Shown piece by piece: positions 39,183 to 47,308 of a DNA stretch of 64,000 nucleotides; the first letter of the stretch is position 1; every line of letters begins with the position of its first letter. The position numbers and the translations under genes are program-made. Origin of the DNA: an uncultured Gemmatimonadaceae bacterium. Its GTDB lineage: Bacteria > Gemmatimonadota > Gemmatimonadetes > Gemmatimonadales > Gemmatimonadaceae. The stretch is taken from NCBI GenBank assembly GCA_963761305.1, contig CAVXGK010000001.1, forward strand, positions 448,001 through 512,000, read 5' to 3'. Below the pieces are notes generated by a model. It saw nothing but the letters and a program-made list of their open reading frames with translations. It did no database searches and was not told the DNA's origin.

Positions 39183-39274
39183 ACTTCCCGATTCCAAACG
39201 AAGAGTCGAATAACCCCCTGTTCCTGAAGGCGAACTCGTCCTGTCTCGACCGGTCGGCCGGCATCGGCTCCTAA
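39089..39274 (+). pseudogene. Orphan C-terminal fragment of a RagB/SusD-like lipoprotein
   Basis: QYGRDPNIVFPIGPY...YGTDVNFPIPNEESNNPLF...CLDR; FPIP..E..NP is a SusD-type C-terminal motif; different frame from the kinase, with no start of its own. Confidence 0.7.
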
Positions 39275-39300
39275 GCGATCGGCGGCACGGATTGGACGAA

Positions 39301-39338
39301 TCGACGCCCTCATTCCAGATTTGGGATGAGGGCGTCGA
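39301..39338. terminator. Strong intergenic hairpin (terminator-like, no U-tract)
   Basis: TCGACGCCCTCAT/ATGAGGGCGTCGA perfect 13-bp arms. Confidence 0.45.
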
Positions 39339-39362
39339 GTGTTGTCCACCCGGAGAATCGCC

Positions 39363-39734
39363 ATGTCGAGCAACACGCACGGCAAGATCTGCTATCTCGA
39401 GCTACCGGCATCGAGCGTGTCACAGTCAGCGTCGTTCTACTCCAAGACGTTCGGCTGGCAGATGCGCACGCGGAGCAATGGTTCGCAAGCGTTCGACGAC
39501 GCGACCGGTCAAGTGAGCGGCTCGTTCGTTCTCAACCGAGGCGCCGCCGCGTCGCCGGGACTCTTGGTCTACATCATGGTCGACAGCGTCGCCGATGCGT
39601 GCCGCGCCGTAGAGGCCAACGGCGGAACGATCGTGCAACCACTCGGAGCGGATGCGCCCGAGCTCACGGCGCGATTCAAAGACCCGGGTGGCAACGTGAT
39701 CGGCTTGTATCAAGAGCCGCCGAGAACTCCATGA
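39363..39734 (+). CDS. VOC/glyoxalase family protein
   Basis: GKICYLELPA, FYSKTFGW, ARFKDPGGNVIGLYQ. Confidence 0.9.
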   Translation: MSSNTHGKICYLELPASSVSQSASFYSKTFGWQMRTRSNGSQAFDDATGQVSGSFVLNRGAAASPGLLVYIMVDSVADACRAVEANGGTIVQPLGADAPELTARFKDPGGNVIGLYQEPPRTP

Positions 39735-40273
39735 CCACCAAACAGATCGCCGCGGGCGTCGTTGGAATCATCGCCCTCGGCGTCGCGGCGCGATACACGT
39801 TTGGCGGTGTGTTGATCGCACCGCTCGGCATGACGATCGCGTCGTGGTTCGCGCGCCGGCGTGGCCGCCAGTTGTCGCGGAGCGCGAGCTGGGTTGCTGC
39901 GGTCGTGGCACCCGGTGTCGTGATGCTCGTCCTCGCCGGCTTTGCGGCGACACAGATGCCCGCCGGCTCGTGGTCGAAAATCCAAAAGGTTGCCGACTCC
40001 ACGAAGGTTCATCGACAGCCTCCGCCGGCGTGGCTGGAGCGAATCGCGCCCGGTTCGACGGCTCGCGCGAACGCACAGCAAGTGAGCCTCGGGCCGGCTG
40101 CAACTGTGTGGTTCGCGCTGGTGGGCGCGATGTTCGGAGTCGGAATGGTGTCGGGGCTGGTGGGAACGGCCGGTTGGCTGGCCACCATGCCGCTCGCGTA
40201 CGCGATCACGGGGCGATGGATCGGCTCCCGGCCCCGCGATCCACCGCTCTTCGAGGACGCAGTGATGGCGTGA
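39731..40273 (+). CDS. Hypothetical membrane protein
   Basis: ATGA-coupled start; several hydrophobic segments. Confidence 0.65.
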   Translation: MTTKQIAAGVVGIIALGVAARYTFGGVLIAPLGMTIASWFARRRGRQLSRSASWVAAVVAPGVVMLVLAGFAATQMPAGSWSKIQKVADSTKVHRQPPPAWLERIAPGSTARANAQQVSLGPAATVWFALVGAMFGVGMVSGLVGTAGWLATMPLAYAITGRWIGSRPRDPPLFEDAVMA

Positions 40274-40276
40274 CCT

Positions 40277-40321
40277 CGCGCTGCTAAGCGGGGGTCGGTT
40301 GTTCAACTCTACCCAGGCCCA
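40277..40321 (+). other. Degenerate 3' half of a tRNA (Ile-GAT-like), att-site-like remnant
   Basis: CTGCTAAGCG-GGGGTCGGTTGTTCAACTCTACCCAGGCCCA follows the anticodon arm, T arm and acceptor strand of tRNA-Ile with a few substitutions; 5' half absent. Confidence 0.65.
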
Positions 40322-40475
40322 TTTGTAGAGCCCTGTTTCCAGTGAGTTACGCGCTCGCTGGGACTTCTTTTCACCTTTATACCGGCCATGTCGATGCCAA
40401 CGGCCTGACCCCACCCGACGAGGACTACTCGCATCGGTGGATTGTCGGCGTCTACGTCCCCTAGACTTCCGCCGA

Positions 40476-40730
40476 CTACAAGCGGATTTTCAGCGCTCCA
40501 CGGCAAGCCCACGTCAGAACGACGACGAGGAGCAGCTGGCCACCGAGTTGAGCGGCGCCGGGCACGGCCCTCGGCGCGAAGCGCGCAATCTCGTCCCGTC
40601 GCACATCTCGGCTCGATTGGGGCGGCCCCTTTGCGCCGAGCATGAGCACGGCGACCAGCAGCATAGCCCCGAGCAGCAAGAGCGACCGCGCGGCGGCGGC
40701 GAGCCAGTTCGGCGCGAGAACAACCCTCAC
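40476..40730 (-). CDS. Small membrane protein
   Basis: GTGA-coupled to the upstream gene; two hydrophobic segments. Confidence 0.55.
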   Translation of the reverse strand: MRVVLAPNWLAAAARSLLLLGAMLLVAVLMLGAKGPPQSSRDVRRDEIARFAPRAVPGAAQLGGQLLLVVVLTWACRGALKIRL

Positions 40731-41221
40731 AGCGCCTCCTTCAGCCAGCGCGGCAGGTACGCGTCGGCAACCCTCACGATCCACCGAAAATTCATGGCAA
40801 CGTGGGCGGCGACGCTTACGAGCATCGCATCGGTCCAGTTGTTGTGCGTGTTGCGCCACACTCGATCATCGATCGTGGCGATCCCGAGTTCCGGCAACGC
40901 GACCTGCGAGATCAGGAGGCCCGACACCACCACGCCGGCCGTTGTGATGAACAGTGACGCGTTCAGCAGCAGGTTGACTACGTCGCGGGGGCGTGCCGGA
41001 GATAGCGTCCGCCTTATCGCCGTCAAGATCCACCGCCACGACAGCAGCAGATGCGCGAGCGTCGGCAACAGGAACACGACGCCGAGCCACTCGTGCCACG
41101 CAAGTCCCGTCAGCGTCGGCGTTCGCAGTAGGGCGAAGAGTGTGAAGAGAGTAGCATCGAGCCAGAAGGCGAAGACGGTGCTTGCCGATCGTCTCGATTG
41201 GGCGCTTCCAGGCCGAGTCAT
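40727..41221 (-). CDS. DUF4405-like (cytochrome b-type) membrane protein
   Basis: TGLAWHEWLG...HLLLSWRW and WRNTHN...HVAMNFRWI, with four TM-associated histidines. Confidence 0.78.
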   Translation of the reverse strand: MTRPGSAQSRRSASTVFAFWLDATLFTLFALLRTPTLTGLAWHEWLGVVFLLPTLAHLLLSWRWILTAIRRTLSPARPRDVVNLLLNASLFITTAGVVVSGLLISQVALPELGIATIDDRVWRNTHNNWTDAMLVSVAAHVAMNFRWIVRVADAYLPRWLKEAL

Positions 41222-41447
41222 TGACACGAAACGGTGCGCGGCCGTTGCGGCGATCACAAGCTCATTCCTCCCGACCAACCATTAGATGTTGATTAAGAGT
41301 TGGCGGGGGCGATCGTGCAGCGCGGTGCTTAGTCAACGCGGACGTCGATGGCGGTGCAGCGATGCCGGAGTATCGTCTCCCGTCGAGAGCCGAGCGTTCC
41401 AGGCGCCCGTTCGCTCTGATCGTTGGCGGCGAATCAGCCGTGAGCCC

Positions 41448-42767
41448 TTATTTGAATAGCTCCACACTCTCGTACGGCTGCGTCGCCCACGGGCGGTATC
41501 GGTTGAGCGTGAACCTGGTCCGTTCGCCTGGTCGTACACTCACCAACAGATAGTTGTACTCCTCTTTCGGCGCCGCACCCTGCCAGTACTGATCTGGCGG
41601 ATAATTCGCGGGAACCTTGACATGTGTTCGTCCTGGCAGGATGGGGTCTTGCTCGGCACCGCCGCCGCCCAGGACGAGATACTTCACTCCGTCCACGTCG
41701 TACGCCTCCGTCGTGTGCACGTGCCCGGTGAAGACGACGATGTCGAGGTCCTTGGCGTACGAGGCGAGCAGCTTGTGCGGATTCTGCGCTTCAGGGATCG
41801 GGCCCATGCCGGACCGACAGAAGACCGGAGCGTGAAAGGAGATGAATACGTTCTTGATCCCGGCGGCCTTGGCCTCGTCCAGCCACGCCCGTAGCTCCTT
41901 CATCTGTTGAGCGTACGCGGGTTGAGTCGCGTTCCAACCGCTGGGGTCACGAGGATCATATCCACCTGTCCACAGCGAGATGAACCTCGCGCCGGCGTAG
42001 TCGAACTTGTACGTGAACTGGTTGTCGGTCATGCCGAGCTTCGTCACGTAGGGAAAGGCGGCCCGGAATCCTTCGGCCGTCGAGTCTCCCCAGACTTCGT
42101 GATTGCCGAGCGCGCCGAAGACACGTCCTTCCAATCCTGCTTGCGTCAATCGATTGTCAGGCGGCGGCAGCTGCCTTAGAAAACGCTCATCGACCCGTTG
42201 CCAATAAGGGTTGTCGGACGGTGACGACCCTTGTTTTCCCCACCACACCCAGTCGCCGGTATGCAGCGCGAAGTCAGCCTGACCGCCCGTGAGGGCCTTC
42301 AGCACTCCGGCCGTCACCCAGTCACCGCCCTTGATGCGGTACATCGTATAGTGAACCCCGGGCTGCAGCTTCACGTCTTCCACCGACGCTTCGGTTGCCC
42401 ACCCGCTGTCCACAGTGACAGTCATGACTTCGCTCTTGGTCATGAATGGCATCACGATTTTTTTGAGCTCGCCGCTCGCCGGGTCGTAGTCGAGCTTCAC
42501 GTATTTCTCGACGACTTCTTTCGCCTCTTTCGGCGGCATCTCCAGCTCGAGCATCTCGGCGATGAGGTTTACCGCCTCGGCTTTTTGCTCGGATCGATGC
42601 GGCAAGTACATCATCGTTCGCGAGTCGCCGAATACCGCGAATGAGAATGGGAAGCTCGCTGTGGGTGCGCTCTGACGCGCGGCGCTGTCCCGGGCGCATC
42701 CGCTCAAGACAACAGCAAAAAGGCCGACGCAGACTAGCGCGACCGGTGTCGGCTCTCGTCCCCTCAT
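41448..42767 (-). CDS. Metallophosphoesterase lipoprotein
   Basis: LSGC lipobox; GDSR, HTGD, LGNHE, HAP, GHVH motifs. Confidence 0.88.
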   Translation of the reverse strand: MRGREPTPVALVCVGLFAVVLSGCARDSAARQSAPTASFPFSFAVFGDSRTMMYLPHRSEQKAEAVNLIAEMLELEMPPKEAKEVVEKYVKLDYDPASGELKKIVMPFMTKSEVMTVTVDSGWATEASVEDVKLQPGVHYTMYRIKGGDWVTAGVLKALTGGQADFALHTGDWVWWGKQGSSPSDNPYWQRVDERFLRQLPPPDNRLTQAGLEGRVFGALGNHEVWGDSTAEGFRAAFPYVTKLGMTDNQFTYKFDYAGARFISLWTGGYDPRDPSGWNATQPAYAQQMKELRAWLDEAKAAGIKNVFISFHAPVFCRSGMGPIPEAQNPHKLLASYAKDLDIVVFTGHVHTTEAYDVDGVKYLVLGGGGAEQDPILPGRTHVKVPANYPPDQYWQGAAPKEEYNYLLVSVRPGERTRFTLNRYRPWATQPYESVELFK

Positions 42768-43031
42768 GAGACTGCTCCCGTTCTACACGCTTGGTGTCGT
42801 TGGCGTCTTGCGCCGGAACCAGCCTAGTCCGGCCCTGACACCACAGGAGTTGGACGTTGTGCCAACTGATCGCGGGAGCCGCTATTCGTTGGCGAACGAG
42901 GGGCTGCCACCGGGCGCGAGTGCCCCAGTCTCGGGGAACGGCGATCGGGGCGAGCGCTTGGCGAGAGAAACCGCCGCCACCGCTTCCACTTCTATAACAT
43001 TCCGCCGGGACCAACCATTGGACGAGGAGGA

Positions 43032-44831
43032 TCAGCGCCGCCTCGTGATCGTGGCCACGAGGCGCGTGTCGTTCACGTGGTAATAGTCGGCGCGCTCACC
43101 GTGGGCGACACGCACCGGCTTTCCCTGGTACTCGCCAACGTCATCCCAGCCCACCACGACGTCCTCGACGATCCAGCGATAGTCGTCGGAGAAACGAAGA
43201 CACACGGTGCCGGCCGGCCGCGTCGAACAGTCCGGAGGAGGATCCTGCTCCTTCCATTGAATGGTCGCCGGATCCGGCGCGGGCGTGCCGAATGAGAACG
43301 GCTGGTTCACCAGCTGCTTCACCTTCTTCCCACCGATTTCCGCTGGGATGTATCGCATCTCGGGGACCGCGCCTCGCACTGCGTCCACGAGCAGCGGGTT
43401 CGGGGCCTTCACGACCCTGAACGACGCGAGGTCGGCCACTCCAGTCGTGTCCACGACGAACGAGACGATCACGTCACCGCCAATGCCGAGTCTCGCGATC
43501 GAATCTGGAAAGACTGGAAGGAGCACACCGGGCGCCATGCGTACGGGTCGATCGACCTGAGAGTCGAAATACACCTGTCCGGGCACGTAGGGCGCGGCCC
43601 GGGTCACGCGGGTCCCCGCAACCGTGGCGCGAAGCTTCCCAGCGTCACTTGCCTCGCTCACGCGCACTGGCGTCGCGCTCGCCTTCGTCGTCGCGTCGCC
43701 TAACTGGCCGTCGCTATTGTCTCCCCAGCAATAGACGGCGCCGTCTGCGGTGAGGCCACACGCGTGGTAAGTCCCCGCGCTCACCGTTGTGAAGCGTTGA
43801 TCGCCTGCGACGCGAATGGGCGGTTCGCGACCGTCGTCGTCGCGCCCGGGCCGATTTTTGTACGACTGACTCGAGAGAATGCTGGCTCCCGCGAGCCGGT
43901 TGTAGCGCGCGTCGCGCCAGCAGTAAGCCGTTCCATCTGTCGCCGACGCGCAGGCGTAGAGCAGACCAACCCCAATCGACGTGAACGAGACGCCTGCGGG
44001 CATCGGCACTGGAGCCGCGATGCCGCCAACGCTGACGTTGCCGTACCGGCGCAACGAGTCGGGCCCCCAGCAGTAGGCCTTCCCCGCTGCCGTGAGGCCG
44101 CATGTGAGATCCCATCCAGCGCTCACGGTCACGAACTTCTGACCGCCCTGAACCGCCGTCGGCCTCCTGAGAACCACGCCATTGACCATCTGTCCGGGGT
44201 ATCCGAGTCCCCAACAGTGCGCGTCGCCCTGCGCTGTAACCCCGCACGAGTAAGTGTTCCCCGCGCTCAACTGCGTGAACGTCAGACCGCCAGACAGGGC
44301 GGTCGGCCCTCCCTCCATTGGCGCTCCACCGCCGAGTTGGCCGGCGCCGTTTTGACCCCAACACCATGCGGCGCCCGTGGTCGTGAGCCCGCACGCGTGG
44401 TCGGAGGCAGCCGCGATCGCGGAAAGACGAAGGTTGCCAGCGAAACGCGAGGGAACCGAGTCTCCGGGTAAGACCGCGGATCGTCCGGGCGGAATGGGCA
44501 GGTTCACGATTCCCCAGCAGTACCCGTCCCCGTTTTCGGCGGTCGCACAGGTTTGTTCTGTGCCGGCGGAGAGCGTGGTGAATCGTGTGTCGCCGACGAC
44601 GCGCAGTGGCGTCGTGCTCGAGCCGCCGGTGAAGCCGACTCCCAGCTCACCGATGCGATTCGCGCCCCAGCAGACCGCCGAGCCGCGGCTCGTGAGCGCG
44701 CAGCTGTGACTCGTTCCTGCCGTAACCGCGACGAACCGCTCCTGAGCGTCCGGAGCCGGCGGCCGACTGGACGGGCTGGCGCCGGAACAGGCACCCAGCG
44801 TTGCGGTGATGAGTACGGCACGCGGCTTCAT
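43032..44831 (-). CDS. Lipoprotein with RCC1 repeats fused to a TonB C-terminal domain and a short unknown tail
   Basis: LGAC lipobox; repeated CGLT..G.AYCWG; GDVIVSFVVDTTG...MRYIPAEIGGKKVKQLVNQPFSF. Confidence 0.85.
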   Translation of the reverse strand: MKPRAVLITATLGACSGASPSSRPPAPDAQERFVAVTAGTSHSCALTSRGSAVCWGANRIGELGVGFTGGSSTTPLRVVGDTRFTTLSAGTEQTCATAENGDGYCWGIVNLPIPPGRSAVLPGDSVPSRFAGNLRLSAIAAASDHACGLTTTGAAWCWGQNGAGQLGGGAPMEGGPTALSGGLTFTQLSAGNTYSCGVTAQGDAHCWGLGYPGQMVNGVVLRRPTAVQGGQKFVTVSAGWDLTCGLTAAGKAYCWGPDSLRRYGNVSVGGIAAPVPMPAGVSFTSIGVGLLYACASATDGTAYCWRDARYNRLAGASILSSQSYKNRPGRDDDGREPPIRVAGDQRFTTVSAGTYHACGLTADGAVYCWGDNSDGQLGDATTKASATPVRVSEASDAGKLRATVAGTRVTRAAPYVPGQVYFDSQVDRPVRMAPGVLLPVFPDSIARLGIGGDVIVSFVVDTTGVADLASFRVVKAPNPLLVDAVRGAVPEMRYIPAEIGGKKVKQLVNQPFSFGTPAPDPATIQWKEQDPPPDCSTRPAGTVCLRFSDDYRWIVEDVVVGWDDVGEYQGKPVRVAHGERADYYHVNDTRLVATITRRR

Positions 44832-45099
44832 GCTGCGAGCCTCCGATCGAGCAGTGGCCCAAGCTACCTGACCGGCGCAGCATTGGGGAGGACGTCAGGA
44901 GTTAAATCTCGGGATAAACGTGGCCCGCTGCATCCCGGGTCTCGTTGCGTGTTCATGGTGCGTACTAGAATGCTCGCGACCAATACGTAACTCGACGTAT
45001 GCGAAACCGCCCTGAGCGAGACGGTAGCTACACGTCGATGGCTGCCGGGACACAAGGCTCAAAATCGAAGGCCGCTCGCCCAACCACCGAAAACAGACG

Positions 45100-45933
45100 A
45101 TGAGCACATTGATCGACGAGAACACGACCATCACGCGCGGGTACGCCCCCGTGAACGGTCTCGAGATGTATTACGAAGTCGAGGGCCCGCCGGGGGGCGC
45201 CCCGCTCGTCTACATCCCGAACGCATTCGGATTTGCTGGCCTGATTTCGTTTCCCGGTCTGCTCGAGAACTACTCGGTCATCACGATGGATCTCCAGGGG
45301 CACGGTCGCACCGCGGACATACCGGAGCGTCCGCTCACGATCGAGCAATACGCCGAAGACGTCGTCGGATTGCTGAAGCATCTCGGCGTCGCGAGAGCCG
45401 ACTTCTTCGGCTTCAGCTTCGGCGGCAACACGGCGACGATGATCGCGCTTCGCTACCCCGCGTTGGTCCGTCGTGTGGCGACATGGGGGGCGACGTTCGG
45501 TCCACCGCAGGTCGCCCACAACGCCGACATGCTGCGCTTCGACCATCCGCCGACGGCCGAAGACACGGCCTTCGCGTTCAAGCGAGAGAGGTACAAACAG
45601 GTGGCTCCCGATCCCGACCACTGGCCGCGGATCTGGGAGAAGGTCGCGAACCTTCGATGGAATGGATTCTCAAACGACGAGTTGGCGTCGATCAAGGCGC
45701 CGCTGCTGGTGGGACTTGGCGATCGCGACTTCGTGCGGCTCGAGCACGCGGTCAGCGTGTCGAGACTCGTCCCGAACGCCGAGCTCGCGGTAGTGCCGGA
45801 TGCCGGGCACTTTGCTCCGATGTCGGAACCGGAGCGCGTGATTCCGATCGTGAAGCATTTTCTCGAAAAGCCGGTGACCAGAGCCCCGGTGGCAACCGCG
45901 GGGATGGGCTACCACCCCGGCGAAACGCGCTGA
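45100..45933 (+). CDS. Alpha/beta hydrolase
   Basis: VNGLEMYYE, DLQGHGRT, GFSFGG, GDRD, DAGH. Confidence 0.9.
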   Translation: MSTLIDENTTITRGYAPVNGLEMYYEVEGPPGGAPLVYIPNAFGFAGLISFPGLLENYSVITMDLQGHGRTADIPERPLTIEQYAEDVVGLLKHLGVARADFFGFSFGGNTATMIALRYPALVRRVATWGATFGPPQVAHNADMLRFDHPPTAEDTAFAFKRERYKQVAPDPDHWPRIWEKVANLRWNGFSNDELASIKAPLLVGLGDRDFVRLEHAVSVSRLVPNAELAVVPDAGHFAPMSEPERVIPIVKHFLEKPVTRAPVATAGMGYHPGETR

Positions 45934-46130
45934 TGGCAAGCGGCTACGGGCGGAGGGCGTTTGGCGCGGCGAACGCGGCTACTGTGCTTTATTTGGTGTT
46001 GTTGATAGCCACCGTCGTGGCCGTCGACGTCGTGTTTTTCAGAAATCGCTTCTGGGGACGCCTGACCGTGAATGTCGGGATAGTCTTAGTCTTTACAGCC
46101 TTCTACTTCCGATTCCTCAAACGCCCATGA
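45933..46130 (+). CDS. Small two-TM membrane protein
   Basis: TGATG coupling; VVAVDVVFFRNRFWGRLTVNVGIVLVF.AFYFRF. Confidence 0.7.
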   Translation: MASGYGRRAFGAANAATVLYLVLLIATVVAVDVVFFRNRFWGRLTVNVGIVLVFTAFYFRFLKRP

Positions 46131-46419
46131 GCCAGCCCGGCGGGCGAGGTCGAGCGCGCCGGCAACACGGGCGATAGCGCCCGGACCACGGGATGTGGCG
46201 GGCGCGAGCTCGGCGCGCGGCGTCGCGCCGAACGCTGAAGGGGACGGACGGGAGTCTTCCGTCCCGGTGAGGGTGGATGTGGCAGACGTCAGTCGCGCCG
46301 AACGCAATTCGAAGCGGGACTCGGGGATCCCAACTTCGTCTGACGCGTCCTGCGAGTCGTCACGTCGCAACTCAGCGCGGTCCACCGCTAAGTGCGCGTC
46401 GGCTGGAGCGAGGTGCGTG

Positions 46420-46824
46420 CGGTCCGAACGCGATTTCATCCGGTCCGAACGCGACTTCATCCGGTCCGGACGCAGCTTCATGTGGTCCGGACGCGACTCG
46501 ATCCGGTCTGCGGTCGTCGTGATGCGGTCCGATCGAGCCTGAGCGCGAGCTCGCGCGAGACGATCGCGGGATCGTGCGAACTGACTCTGGACAGAGGTGG
46601 AGAGACTCTCGAACGAAGGCGAGTGAATCTCGGATGGAACCGAGTGAACCTCGGATGGAGCTGAGTGAATCTCCGATGGAGCTGTGTGAATCTCGGATGG
46701 AGCTGAGTGAATCTCGGATAGAGCTGAGTGAATCTCGGATGGAGAGTCAGCGATCCGCAACGCTTCGGGCGAAGAGGCGGCTGCCTGCGAGTTGCTCTCG
46801 GCTACGGACGAGTTGCTCTCGGCT
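46420..46824. repeat. Three blocks of different 21-bp tandem repeats
   Basis: CGGTCCGAACGCGACTTCATC-type x~5 (46420-46535); GAGTGAATCTCGGATGGAGCT-type x6 (46621-46746); CGAGTTGCTCTCGGCT x2 at 21-bp spacing (46788-46824). Confidence 0.92.
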
Positions 46825-46956
46825 GCCCCGAAGTTCAATAGCGCTTAGCGCGCCTTCGTGGCCGGCGGGAGCGATTTCACGTGCATCGCGCGCGGGTGAA
46901 TCGGCGCGTGGGCGAACGCGTTCGGCCATCGCCGCGCCGCAACCGCGGTCCTCGTG

Positions 46957-47150
46957 CCTCCTACTTAGTAAGTGGGAGCCGACCGGGATTTGCTACCAAA
47001 TGTCCTCTTTAGGAGACGCCGATTTGCGAGGTGCTGACGAACGGCTGACAATCGGCGGCTATTATGCCACGCAAATGAGTGTTTTCAATCGCTGCAACGT
47101 TTCGTTGCGGTAGTAAAATCGCGTCGGCTCCCACTTCTATTAGTAGGGGG
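46957..47150. other. ~195-bp element bounded by ~40-bp imperfect inverted repeats
   Basis: Perfect core AAGTGGGAGCCGAC (46970-46983) and GTCGGCTCCCACTT (47123-47136), extending imperfectly both ways; internal hairpins and promoter-like hexamers. Confidence 0.8.
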
Positions 47151-47308
47151 GCGAAGTCCGCCGAAGCCGATCGGGGTCTGCCCGTACAACTCACGTTTCA
47201 CTTGGACGCGCTTATTTGATCGAGTCGGCGGACGACGTCGGCAATCCAGCCTGCCCCTGGTGCCCGGTTGAAACGCTTGCTTCGCGCGCTATCTTCGCGA
47301 CGGACCCC

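Noticed and set aside
40277..40321. Functional tRNA gene
   Set aside because: No 5' acceptor strand or D arm, and mismatches in the T stem and anticodon.
44985..45040. Riboswitch upstream of the alpha/beta hydrolase
   Set aside because: A TCGACGT/ACGTCGA stem with inner ACCG/CGGT is present, but I could not match any known aptamer consensus.
46621..46746. 21-bp repeats as a CRISPR array
   Set aside because: Units are contiguous with no unique spacers, and no cas genes are in the window.
46957..47150. Retron msr-msd RNA
   Set aside because: Terminal inverted repeats fit superficially, but there is no reverse transcriptase gene in the window.
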